Source: Octopus vulgaris (taxonomy: Eukaryota). From it: 64,000 nt of DNA. Both the position numbers and the translations under genes were made by a program. This document shows, one piece after another, positions 26,625-39,923 of the stretch. The notes beneath the pieces were generated by a model. The model saw only the letters and a program-made list of their open reading frames with translations, did not search any database and was not told the origin of the DNA. How positions within the stretch are numbered: position 1 is the stretch's first letter; each line of letters begins with the position of its first letter. The DNA is taken from positions 102,176,001 to 102,240,000 of the forward strand of contig OX597816.1 in the NCBI GenBank assembly GCA_951406725.2, in the 5' to 3' direction.

Positions 26625-26784
26625 ATCGCCATATTAATATGGCATTCTTATAGATATAAGAATAATCGCTGCCGCTGGTCAGCTCCATGAGGCCACCGCC
26701 TTAAGATAGCTATTGATACACGATCTGTATCCATTATAACCTTCGAACAAGGGAGGTCAGCCGCTTCACACTGCCAGTCCGACA

Positions 26785-26826
26785 GCTACAGACGCGTTTC
26801 GGGGTATTGCCCCTTGTCAATGTAGC
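26785..26826 (-). ncRNA. Type I hammerhead ribozyme, U3:A8 core variant
   Basis: Minus strand GCTACA-TTGACAA-GGGG caata CCCC-GAA-AC gc GT-C-TGTAGC. Stem I 6 bp, stem II 4 bp, palindromic stem III, GUC cleavage triplet. Confidence 0.85.
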
Positions 26827-26914
26827 GCAGTCAGACCCCGCAGGTGTCGCCACTGACGTCTCTGTTCGAAGGCTTATATTTACCTAGTTTCAGTGGAATA
26901 CATCCACTTGTTTT

Positions 26915-26975
<61 letters not shown>

Positions 26976-27327
26976 AGAATAAATGAGTGAATAAAACTCT
27001 ACTCTTACAGCCGTTGCTACTTTGGGTTCCAGCATGCCAAAGTTGGCACATCATACCAAGATTTACAAAAATTGAACAAGAATTGGACAAAACTTGAACC
27101 TCAAAGCTTCATCAGAGAGTCCATAATGGTAAGAATTAAGGAAGTAAAAAAGTAAAATAAAATAATAAAAAATAGTAAAAAAGCAAATTCCAAGATAATA
27201 TGCAGAGGTTGTGAGATCACATCATATTTCAATCTAAATTGAAATATTATCTTGGAATATATATATACACTTGTTTTTGTATAAATCTAAGTTCTCTGGT
27301 TATTACTGATAAGGTTGATCAATTGAT

Positions 27328-27364
27328 ATGCTGATGATGGCTATTGAGCCTGAAACATGTTCAT
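27328..27364 (+). ncRNA. Minimal hammerhead-like motif
   Basis: ATG-CTGATGA-t GGCT attg AGCC t-GAA-AC at GT-T-CAT; short stem I, U.U at the base of stem II. Confidence 0.5.
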
Positions 27365-28487
27365 GATTGTCTTCTTGTTTCTAGTCAATAAGCCTGTTCT
27401 TTTACTTAATGACATACCAGTTTTTGAGAAATCGTGAATCTTGAGATTATCTCCCTTCCTCATTTGCCATAAAGTAATTATGATACATACTCTAGAGCTA
27501 GAAATAATTTTCATAACTCAAGAATTTATGTTGTATGGTATCTGGTCTACTTGTATTTGTCTATGTTGTTCAAATACATGCAACTGGCCACTCTGAGTTC
27601 TTGATTGATGGTCTGGCCTTGTGGGGAAGAATTATCGATGTACAATATCACATTTCTGAGGATGATGCTTGTGGCAGGTCTTCCAGGCTGCTCATCAAAT
27701 TACAGGGATGTTCTGCTTTTGAAGTGCCTGTGCCTCTTGAAACATTGCTATTATTCATCTTACTCATCACCCCTTGAAAGAAATTAATATAGATCCATAT
27801 TGGTCAATTAATGCCCATTGGTTAATGAAATTTTGAATTACTGTGTTTACACCATAACATTTCAAGGAAAGTATATTTATCCTTAACAGTTTTGTAAACT
27901 TCTGGTGTCTAAATGTGCATATGAATATAACTTCAGACATAGGTATGCATGCGTGCATGTGTAAATACAGTTAATCATAGATATACATATACATGCATAA
28001 ACACACACACAGGGACATGCATATGCCTGTACAGATACATATATACACATATATAATATATACATATTTATGTGTGTATATGCATATGTGTGTGTCAGTA
28101 TGCATATGTATCTATGCATGTATATGTATATATGTGTATGCATGAATGTGTACATACAGATGTATGTATACATACGGGTATATGCATGTATCTCAATGTA
28201 TATTTGTGGGCATATGGATACATATATGCATGTGTGTATGGAGAAGAAGAAAATGGAGATATTGAAGTTAATAAGGGTTTATTATCAGCAACAAATCGAT
28301 CATTATCCCTTACAGCTGTTTTAATTATACACAGAGAAATTAATTAAATATTAAAATCATATTTCTGAGCATAATCTCTTCAGAGGACAAAAATATACCC
28401 TTAGGTATTTTGTGTGCTTGTTTGTAGACTCATCACAGCAGTGATAAGTCTAAAAAATTTTAAGAGGATATGGGCCAACAGGTTTTG

Positions 28488-28548
28488 GGGATCTGACGAT
28501 ATGCCATAAAGCTAAACCCTTTATAGACGGGAAACCTAAGGTAATCCC
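28488..28548 (+). ncRNA. Type I hammerhead-like motif with a degraded stem II base
   Basis: GGGAT-CTGACGA-tatgcc ATAAAG ctaaacc CTTTAT agacgg-GAA-ACC taa GGT-A-ATCCC. Confidence 0.6.
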
Positions 28549-29102
28549 ATAAACTGGCGTTCCCCATTTTTAATATATACTGCTCTACATCTTTTGGATT
28601 TATGTCTTCTAGAAACAATATATATATATATATGTAGTAGCATTACCAGTGTCACACAAATGGCACCCATGCTGGTGGCACATAAAAGCACCCATTACAC
28701 TTTTGGAGTGGTTGGTGTTAGGAAGGGCATGCAGCTGTAGAAACCATGCTAAATCAGACTGGAGCCTGGTGCAGTCTTCCAGCTTGCCACCCCTGGTCAA
28801 ACCGTCCAATCCATGCCAGCATGGACAATGGATATTAAATGATGATGATGATAATACAATTTTTGTATGCCAAAACTGCTGGAGAAGATACCCAAGGTAC
28901 CATGTGATTCCAGAGCAAAAAGTATTCACACATACACATTTATATATAAATATATATGGCATTAGGAAGAGTATCCAGCCATATAAACTTTGCCTAAGCT
29001 GACATTGGAGCAAGATACAGTCCTCCAGCTCACCAGATACTGTCAAACCATCCAACACAAGCCATCATAGAACATGGACATTGAAGATGATGATGATGAT
29101 GA

Positions 29103-29143
<41 letters not shown>

Positions 29144-29449
29144 TCAATAGAGAAATATGTATATGTTTGTGTGTGTGTGTGTGTGTGTGCGTGTAAACAT
29201 GTACCTCACAAAAAGTATTGAGTAATCGGTCTGTTTAATGCTAAATTACTTTTATATATTTTAACAAAAAACAAAAACAAATATGGTTTCAGATTTTGGC
29301 ATAAGGACAACAATTTCGGGTGAGTTGGTAAATCGATTACATCAACTCCAGTGCTCAACTGGTACTTATTTTATCGACTTTGACATGATGAAAGGCAAAG
29401 TTGATCTTGGTGGCATCCTAAAAACAAATGTGTGTGTATATATATATAT

Positions 29450-29924
<475 letters not shown>

Positions 29925-30110
29925 TATACACACACACACACAGTTATTACCGATAGATCAGGCACTATGTATGTATGCATGCATGATTATTGATATATGA
30001 TATAAGTTACTTTTCCTAAACTCTGCGAACTAGCTATAAAATTTGCGTTCGCTGGAAGTCCTTGTAAGAACTTGCTCTGTTTGTCTCGAGTCAAATATTA
30101 CCAGTTCAAC

Positions 30111-30226
30111 ATGGCTGACATCAGACTCGCGAGTTCATCTGTTCGGACAAAAAACAAGTTTCAGCCTTCAGTTGAGAACTTGGTTACTCCAGGAGATGTT
30201 ATTACATCAGACACATGTTTCATGAG
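30111..30226 (+). CDS. EXOSC2: Exosome complex component RRP4, coding exon 1
   Basis: ATG at 30111 reads MADIRLASSSVRTKNKFQPSVENLVTPGDVITSDTCFM(R), matching the RRP4 N-terminal V.PGD.IT.D..FMRGHG motif. Donor AG|GTAAGT, phase 2. Confidence 0.95.
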
Positions 30227-32930
30227 GTAAGTCTTAAATGATGGTTGACTAACGTTAAATTCGTGCTTACTTTTCCTCGTGTTTATTTTCAGCTTCCCGC
30301 TTAAAGTTGATAGCTGCACGTTGGTGTGATGTTTTGATTATAAGGTAGCTCAAAGTTCACGGCATTGAAAAAGTGTGTAGTTAGAAGTAAAGTTTAAAAA
30401 AATTTAGAGCCAGATCCCTCTTCGTGGAAAAAATCTTTTCAGTTCCTAAACTTCATTTGCAACCGTTCAAAACATTTCTCAAACTTTGTACTGCGCGAAA
30501 CCTTGTGATTCGCCTCTTTCCAGCATGTTCAACATCATGAAATTTATTTACTGAATTTTGTTGATCACTATGACTCTCCTTGAACATTATATTTCTTTGG
30601 ATAAATTATTCGGAGAAAGCCATCATTCCTACCTAATATCACGATTATTAAGAACTATATTTTATGGGTATCAGTCGGGAAATGATAAATATCAAAATTA
30701 TGCCCTGAATTTACACTTCAATCGGGTTCGAAACCGAATCGCTTTAATCAGACAGTGAACTTTCCCGTTCCCGACAAAGGAAGCCAACCGGACCTAATTC
30801 TAATCGATATAGAAAACACTCCAACACTACTGGAACTGCAAAGCAGACTATATTTCCCTATCAAAGCAAATACATGTGATCTGATGAGTGAACTAACAGA
30901 CGTACAAGAAACCGTTCATAGCAGGTGCTACCAGCAAATAAAAACAAACCAAAGTATCTGGACTAAATTCAAAGCATACTTGGATCGTAGGGGCGACTTG
31001 CTGTGCTTGAGGAGACCTATTGAGTCAAGTACATCAAAATAAAAATCAAATGGAAATTGTAGTTGTGATACCCGTGCCGGTGGCACGTAAAAAGCACCAC
31101 CCGAACGTGGTCGATGCCAGCGCCGCCTTGACTGGCTTCCGTGCCAGTGGCACGTAGAAAGTACCCACTACATTCAGAGTGGTTGGCGTTAGGAAGGGCA
31201 TCCAGTTGTAGACACACTGCCAAACCAGACTGGAGCCTGGTGCAGCCTCCTGGCTTCCCAGACCCCAGTTGTACCGTCCAACCCATGCTAGCATGGAAAA
31301 CGGACGTTAAACGATGATGATGATTAACTTCTCAGTATGACTTAACTGTTAATGCCACAGAAAGCAATGAGTTCTTTCTGTTGGTGTTGTACACAAACGT
31401 GTCCTATAGAGCTATTTATTTTAGTTATAGAGCTATTAGTTTAATTCGTTTATTAAAGGCAGCTCTAAAATTATTTCTTCAAGATAGTTGAATACAATTC
31501 TGAAAAGCACTTTCTTTTGCTAAAATAGACGAATAATAGAAGGTGAATCGACTGGTTAGCATGTAAAGAAAGCAAGTTAGGTTTGTAAAGGTGGGGAACT
31601 GGCATGACTTGTGTCTTGTGTAATACAAGTTACATTGCTGAATGTCAGAATGTATCATCTGTGAGGTATGAGATTTTCAAAGTTACCATTAATATAGACT
31701 ATAGGCTATTGTGTTATTTAGTATAAAACTGAAACTGTTTAAAAACATCAGATACATATACAAATGGTATAAACAATACAAAATGATCTGAAGAAATGGA
31801 AAATGAAGTCAGTTAAGGAAGGAAGGTTAGAAACTTGGGGCAAAAGAGGATTCAGAGTGAGAGAACCCATGGGTGAGAAGGAATAGTAGGGAAGAAAGGC
31901 AGCTGTAGATAAGAAAACTAAATAAGGAAAAAAGACATTATTTACAATGGACAGGTAGGTGTCCTCACCTTTGTTGTTATCACAATGTTTTGGCTGATGT
32001 ACTCTCCATTAGGTGTTTTGGTGGAATTTCGAACCCAACATGTTATTTGACTAATGGGGTACTCTGTTTCATTCCTATGGTATTCTTTTTTGTTGATATT
32101 ATTTCCCAAGTCCCAGTCTGGGATTGAACTCAGAATCCGAGGGTACATAACATAGTGGATAAGAGTGTGGGCTACTAACACTCGGATTCTTAGTTCAATC
32201 CCAGGCAGGAACTTAGGAATAATCACCCCGCCCCCCCCAAAAAAAGAACGAAAACAGCAGAAAAAGAATATCTTAGGAATGAGAACATTGCACCCCCATT
32301 AGTCAAATAAAGGGTTGGGTTCGAAATTCTACCAGAACACCTGATGAAACATGGTAACAACAAACAAGGTGAGGATACTTATCTGTCCATTGTAAATAAT
32401 GTACATAATTCCTCACCTCAAAAATATAGAATAGTGAGGAAAACAGAATTAGATGTTTATATTTTATTAATGACCAGTGCACAAATAAGATAGAGGAATT
32501 GTATCTAAGAATTGCAAATTTCAGACCATAAAGTACTCTTATTGCTGTAGAACACAAGATATAGCTGAATAAAGTTGAATTTTGTACAAAGCAGTTAACT
32601 ATAAAGTCTTTTTAAAGAATATTGAAGAGAACAGTGAGAGGATTACTGTTTTATGTAAATAGTATGTTAATAGCATTAGGTGAATCTGAACATGGGTTTT
32701 GAAGAAAGCTTATTTGTATGAAGGTTGTCCTGAAAGTAATGTATAAGTGGGAATAACTTTTTTTTTCATGTATTTGAATGATATACATAAGGCTTCTCAG
32801 CCTGTTAGTGTCCAATTTGAGTTGAAAAATCTCATGAAATCATGGCTCCTGTTGACAGTGAGATTTTAAATCTTTATATATTAATGAGATTATTTATGAA
32901 AGACCATTATTTTTTTGTTTTGTTTCATAG

Positions 32931-33032
32931 AGGACATGGTACCTACACAGCGGATGACCGACTTCATGCTTCAGTGGCTGGTGTTGTAGAGAGAGTGAAT
33001 AAGTTGATCTGTGTACGTCCTTTGAAAACGAG
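32931..33032 (+). CDS. EXOSC2: RRP4 coding exon 2
   Basis: tttcatag acceptor; (R)GHGTYTADDRLHASVAGVVERVNKLICVRPLKT(R); donor gtaaag; 102 nt keeps phase. Confidence 0.97.
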
Positions 33033-35283
33033 GTAAAGTATCATTTTTTTCAAATAGCACCAAAATTCATAGGGCTAGTAAGTAATGCCCAGTTTCTGTA
33101 TTATTGAATAGAGGTGGATGGGATTGTTAGAGTTATGTCCCTTATGTCAATAATTAACCGTGTTTATGATTTCTAACAATTAGTGTGTTAACATTTTCGA
33201 GGAAGACGTGTAATCTCAGCTTCATAATTAGTGTCAGTTGATCCCAAATTGTGACTGGTATGCATTTTCATCGACCTAGGAAGATGAAAAGCAATATCAA
33301 CTACCGTGAAATTTTGAACACAGTATATAAAGGAACGTAACTATATATCGTAAGGCGTTTGAAAGATTCTGCACTACTTTTTTTGTCGTTCTGCCATTCT
33401 TATAAATGAAATGGAAACATAATTTTTACAGTCGAGTCTGTGTTAATTAAATTTGTTAATTACTGATAGATTGACAGTAATAATATTTACAATGTGTAAT
33501 TGAAAAAATTTTTTAAAAGAAAATTTCTTTAGGCAAAGCTAACATTCTTTAGTTTAACTTTCGAATGAGGTAGGACCTCTCATAGGCAGGGATAAATTTC
33601 TTTCAAGGATTTTAACTCTGGAATTCTTAGGTTTATATAAATTTTAATATATTTATTTGTTGACTAGAATATATTTTAATAGCATAAATTTTTCACTGTC
33701 ACTTTTCTGGTTGTTTTTTACTCTTTTACTATGCATAAATCTCAATTATCTTTAAGTCTATTTTGTTTTCTTGCCAAATGAGAAAATAGTATAAATACTC
33801 TTTGTATTCCTTATGATAGATGAAAAATAAAAAGTTTCTGGCAGTAGCAAAAGGAAAAAAACAAACAACTTCAAAGAATGTAGCAATGAAGATTTTATGC
33901 AGCTAAAATGTATCTTAGCCTGTTCTCATCATCATCATATGTTTGTTTTCCATACTGGCAAGAGTTGGACGGTTTGGCAGGGGGCTGGTTAGGTAGGAAA
34001 CTGTACCAGGTTTCACTATCTGTTTTGACTGGGTTTTAACAACTAGATACTCTTCCTAACACCAACTACATTACAGAGTGGGCAAGCTTTAGTTTTTCAA
34101 AGCTCACTGTGTTTAGAATGGGAAATCAACTTGATTTGTTAGGATTGTTTGTCCAAAACTCTGTTTACGCAACTATTACACAAAACTTTGTAGGAAATTC
34201 TGCTACTAATTGCCCTACTCTTAGGTATGTAGATTACAGCATCCCACCCAGATACCCAGTAATATGCCTGTAATTATATTGTTATCTAGTCCAGGAAGGC
34301 ACAACTTTGTCTATATCTTTATTTGAGATTGATCGAAGGTTACATATATTGGAATATTTGGCGACAGGGTCTTAGCTTTTGATGTAGGTGTAGAAGCACC
34401 ATTGGAACAAACAGTTTAAATTGGATATTTTTTAAACCTGCCAGAGCCTAGTCTTCTTCAGAGAAAAATAAAAAGAAGAATTGATCCCAGTTTTGACCAG
34501 GTTACTTTATTTATTGACCTTGAAAGGATAAAAGGCAAAGTTGACCTTGGTGATATTTGAAGTCAATGCATAAAGAACCAAAATAAATACCACAAAGCAT
34601 TCTGTCTACTGCTCTAATGACTCTGCCGATTTGCTGCTTTTTATTGTAATTACCCTAATTATAGAGGGAACACATGGAAGGGGTAGACCCAGGAAAATGT
34701 GGAACAAAATGGTGAGAAAGGATCTACAGATGTTGGGATTCACAAAGGGGATGACAGGGCACTGAGTGGTTTGCATTGCTTGAAGAGACACATCAAGCTA
34801 AGTAAAAGTGTGGTTGTCCTTGCATACTGGCTTGTCCCCTGCATCCCACTTCAGGTGAACATTCCTAATCTTGTGGGCTCATAGGTACTGGTGCCATGTA
34901 AACGCACCCATGCCGGTGCTGTGTAAAAGCATCCAGTACACTCTGTAAAGTGGTTGGTGTTAGGAAGGGCATCCAGCCATAGAAACCATGCCAAAACAGA
35001 CATTAAGCCTGGGCAGCTCTTCACCTGGCCAGCTCCTGTCAAACTGTTTAACCCATGCCAGCATGGAAAACAGATGTTAAATATAATGATGACTTTACTA
35101 CAATTAAGTATCATTTATTTTTTTAAGATAGTAGGATGGGATTTATGTGAAATTAACTTGGTGTTTTTAGCAAGCCAGCTGCCTGTATAGAAGTTCCTCT
35201 AATGGTTTCGTTGATAGTCTATTGTTAATCTATGCTGTTAATAGTTAAAATTTCTCCATCTCACTGTTGTTGATGTTCTCTAG

Positions 35284-35419
35284 GTATAATGGTGAAGTTG
35301 GAGATGTTGTCGTTGGTCGAATCATTGAAGTAGGTCAACGGCGATGGAAAGTGGACACCCATTCCAAATTGGATTCTGTTTTGATGCTGTCTTCTGTAAA
35401 TTTACCTGGAGGAGAATTG
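35284..35419 (+). CDS. EXOSC2: RRP4 coding exon 3 (S1 domain)
   Basis: ttctctag acceptor; YNGEVGDVVVGRIIEVGQRRWKVDTHSKLDSVLMLSSVNLPGGEL; donor gtaagg. Confidence 0.97.
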
Positions 35420-36769
35420 GTAAGGAACCTTTTTTTCTAAGTTGTGAAATGTTTATAGTAATTTCTAACTTAGACACAAATCAAATTTTGAGCTATTGTA
35501 CGGTCAGTTATTTCAAAAGTGGTATCTCATCTCATCATTTTAATGTCCACTTTTCCATGATTGCATGGGCCAGACAAAATTTGCAGAGGCATATTTTCTA
35601 CAGTTGGATACCCTTCTAGTTGCCAACACTCACCTGTTTCCAAGCAAGGTAATATTCCTCATTGCCAGACATCTTTTCATGGAAAATTGGAAAGAAAGGA
35701 CACTGCTTGCATGATGGTGACATTTATTTACAACTACCATGTGATGTCACGGCAAGGAGACAGTAGCACACACACACACATATCAATCCATCCATCTGTC
35801 TATCCACCCACCTCACCCACATGCACACACACATATATGATGGGCTTTTTTTCAGTTTCTGTCTACCAAACCCACTCTCAAAAGATTGTTTGACCCAAGC
35901 TATATAATAGAAGACAATTGCTCATGGTGCCATGCAGTGGGACCAAACCTGAGACCATGTGGTTGGGAGGCAAACTTCTTAACACACAGTCTGGATGCAC
36001 CTTCCATGAAAGATTAAACAGTTACAATGTCATCCTTATTGTTTAAGAAATATCTAGAGATGTCATATCTACTGATGAAACTCAGTAGTTAATAGTTTGG
36101 AATTCAAAATTACTCTTGTTTTGCTTCATTTTAAAATGTTTATGTAAATGAACTTCTGTAAATGTTGCTGTTTCTGGTGGATTTCTGAAAATGAGATGAT
36201 GATCTAGTGAGAAATTTTCTATAGCTGTACATTATTGAGCCTCTGATTTTTACCTTAGATGTCATGGGTGCAGGTGTGGCTTTGTGATTGATTAATAATT
36301 TAGCTTAGCAATCAGTTATATTTGCAATAAGTATTTAGTGGTGGTAGTGAATAACCAGCTTGCTAATAAGAGGAACTGTTGTAGCTGTAGACCAGAATCA
36401 GAGAATACATTATATCAATGAGTCAGTGGCTGTAATGTGTTGGTAAGACATTTTTTACCAATTGCATGAATGAAGTGTATTTGGTGTAGCTAAGAATGTA
36501 TGTATGTGTTTGTAGTGGGGCAGTTGCACTGTCTCAGATATTTGAGTAGTACTACCATAACCCTTTAGCTTTTAGATTACTCTGTAAAATGTAATACTTA
36601 TTTATCCACACTGTTTTGAATTATCTATGAATTATCTTGTAGCATCAAGACTTTGATGATGTGATTGTTTATTTTTAGAATGACATTGTAGGATAGATGT
36701 GTGAGACTGGGTCTGGCCAGTTTGAAAATAAAATAGGGCCAGATACAGTTGGTTTAAATGCTAAATGGT

Positions 36770-37570
36770 TAATCAGGCTCAGTGATGGTTCACAACCATT
36801 CTTGTTCTGCAGAGGAAGTCTTGCAGGCCATTGAGATGTTATGTTGGTTATGTTATAGACATGTGGTTGTGAGGAAGGAGTCTCCTCTTTTTAAAATCAA
36901 ACAACAAAAATGGATATGAAATAGAGCAAATCAAACAGGTTTTACAGTTAGAATAGTTATCAATATTGTTGTGGGTGATATCTGTTTCTGTATCCACTTT
37001 GAGCAATAATACTACCTTGGTAGATGAAGTTGGTAATGTTTTCAAGAGGTGCTTAATTCACAAGAATTTGCATCTCCCTTTGCCCACTGGCCTGGATCAT
37101 CTTGGAGCTGATCCTTAGACCTGCCTTTGCTACCTGTTCTCTGATTGTCAATTGCTGGAAGCATGGAGCATGACTCTGCCAGGAGCACAATGTCATTGGC
37201 ATAGTCCAGATCTGTTAAATGTCTGCCTACAATCCACTGTATTTCAGCAATTGGTTCATTTATGGCTCTTCACATAACAGAGTTAATAGCCAGAAGAAAT
37301 TCAAGGGTGACAGGAGACAACCCCATTTTATCCCTGTGATGTTGAAGAATTCTGTGTTGTTACTTTCATTTCTCACACAGCAGCTTGAGTTATCACACAG
37401 ACTCTTAAAAGTGTTAACTCCAGAGTCAGGCATGCAGTAGCAATGTTCAGAGGAATGAACAAGAGCTGGGCCAGCACTTTGATTAGCAATTATATAAAGA
37501 TCCTGCTGTACCAGACTATTGTCCTGTCAACAGCTGTTTACATGGGAGAAACTTGATAAATAACTGCCAA
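36770..37570 (-). mobile_element. Old RT fragment of a second LINE family
   Basis: Minus-strand remnants GIKWGCLLSP and LTDLDYANDIVLL correspond to the QG..LSP and YADD RT motifs. Confidence 0.65.
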
Positions 37571-37822
37571 GATCACTCAGAGCTTGAATGCATCTCACCT
37601 ATATATGTGCTTGTCAGTGTATTCGTGTAATAACAAGCAAGGGGTGGAAACAAAGCCAGACTGACATACTTGCTGTGAGATTGCTTTCTTCTGCTGAACA
37701 GAATTGCAGTTAAATTAGTGGTGATGATGGTAGTGGTGGTTGTTGTTAATGTCTTTGAAGAAGAGACCTGCAACATGATGAAGTTTTGATGGTTTTTAAT
37801 TTGTATTCCTTTTTTCATGCAG

Positions 37823-37888
37823 AGACGAAGGTCAGAAGAAGACGAGAAGATGATGCGACATTACTTGAAAGAGAATGATCTCATCAGT
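37823..37888 (+). CDS. EXOSC2: RRP4 coding exon 4
   Basis: tttttcatgcag acceptor; RRRSEEDEKMMRHYLKENDLIS; followed by the U12-type donor GTATCCTTT. Confidence 0.96.
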
Positions 37889-38125
37889 GTATCCTTTCTT
37901 CCTTTCTTTCCTTTTCTTTTCTGGTTGTATCACAATTTCACTTTGTTGGTTTACTGATCTGTTGGCTTATTGCTTTGTTTATTGGATTTTTTTGTATTGA
38001 TTTGTCGTGTTATTTGTTCATTATTGTCATCATTTAGCCCCAGGACAGCTTTATGCTTCAGTTGATCTTGACCAAGTGTATAACTTGTTTCTCTGTCTGT
38101 TTTGTTCTTCCTTAACTGGCCGAAG
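37889..38125 (+). other. EXOSC2: U12-type (minor spliceosome) GT-AG intron, 237 bp
   Basis: 5' splice site GTATCCTTTC; branch site TTCCTTAAC at 38108-38116, 9 nt before the end of the intron; no polypyrimidine tract between branch site and AG; splicing restores ...DLIS|AEV... Confidence 0.95.
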
Positions 38126-38194
38126 GCTGAAGTACATTCAGTGTTCTCTGATGGGTCCTTGTCTTTACATACTCGCAGTCTCAAGTATGGCAAG
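38126..38194 (+). CDS. EXOSC2: RRP4 coding exon 5
   Basis: AEVHSVFSDGSLSLHTRSLKYGK; donor AAG|GTGAGT. Confidence 0.97.
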
Positions 38195-39448
38195 GTGAGT
38201 GAGATTTTCAAATGATCCATATTCCTATGTATATAACTGTCCTCTTTGTTTCCCCTACTTTTTGCCCCATTTCCTATGTTTTTATCTTTTACTTGTTTCA
38301 GTCACCGGGTTGTTTTTATGTTGGTGCTCTGCCTTGAAGGGGTTTTAGTTGAACAAATTGAGCCCAATACTTCGTTTCTTGAAAGTCTGATATTTATTCT
38401 GTCAATCTCTTTTGCTGAACTGCTAAGTTATGAGGATGTAAACAAACCAACACTGGTTATCAGGCAGTGGTGGCGGGCAGACACATGCACAGAGACACAC
38501 ATACCATAGTCACCTCTATCCCATCTGTAACTATCCTCACATTCCCATGAAACTTGTGCTCTGTTCCCCTCTTGCCCACTCACCCTGTCCAATCTACTGT
38601 ATCACTCCAAACTATATTCAACCCCCCCCCTCACACACTGTACCATAACCCTTTAGTTATCAACCTGGCTGAATCTGGCTCTGAGTACAAATGTCTTGTT
38701 TTCATAAGTTTTTGAATTAAAATCTTCTACCAAACCTTAGTCACAATTTATGTTCCTAACACTAACTGAATGATAACTAAGTTATTTTACTAAATTCTTT
38801 GTTATATTTAAATTGAAAGAAACACAGAGCATCTCAAAATAAATACAGTAACAGAAGGTTAAGAGTATGTCCTGAAGTATTCACCACCATCTATCTTCCC
38901 CTTTGAAGGGATTTTTGTCTTGCAAGTTACTTGGTGACCCCCATCACTAATGCTAGTGCCATGAAAAAAGCACCCGGTACACTTTGTAGGGCATCCAACT
39001 GTAGAAACCATGTCAAAATAGACAATAGTGATGGCACAGTTCTCTGGTTTACCAGCTCATTAGATTGTGCAACCCATGCTGGCATGGACAATGGATGATG
39101 TATACATATACATACAAACATTTTATACATATATAATATATATATATATATAATTAGCAGTATCGCCCGGCGTTGCTCGGATTTGTAAGGGAAAAAACTA
39201 TATAAGCATTTTTAGAGAGTTACTTCCCTTATATAATAGCAAAAAATTGCATTAAAAATGGGAAAAAATTATGGTAAATTTTTTTTTAAATCGTAGACTC
39301 ATCGTAGAAGCGCGCTAATACCCAGAAGGGCTTGATATGAATCACGACTATAAGATACCCGCTTTTGGTTACACTGCACCGCAAAATGTGTGAGTAGTTA
39401 CGAATCTAAATCGTAGGTGACAGACACACAACTTCACTTTATATATAA

Positions 39449-39498
<50 letters not shown>

Positions 39499-39891
39499 CA
39501 CAGCGTGCTTCTTTCAGTTTTTGTCTACCAAGTCCACTCACAAGGCTTCGGTCGACCAAGGGCTCTGACATTTGTAAACTTTCATTTCTTTAAGCTGTTC
39601 ACTTTAGATCAAGAGCGTTTGTGCCTGAAATATATAAAGGTTCACGTTACTTTCCCTTCTGCATTGTAAGAAGCTCTTCATCTTCAATATTTGTTATTTT
39701 ACTCCTGTATCACAATGCTTCAAGCAATCTGTTACGTTCTTCGTTAAAAACTTACTCTATTTTGAAAATTGAAATATAAGGTTCATAGAAAAAGATGTTT
39801 TTGCACAGTTAAGTGATTATCTCCCTTAGACTTGTTTTATGTTTCAGAAACAAAACTCATCTCGTTTTGATGCATGTTCGCGCGTGCGCTC

Positions 39892-39923
<32 letters not shown>

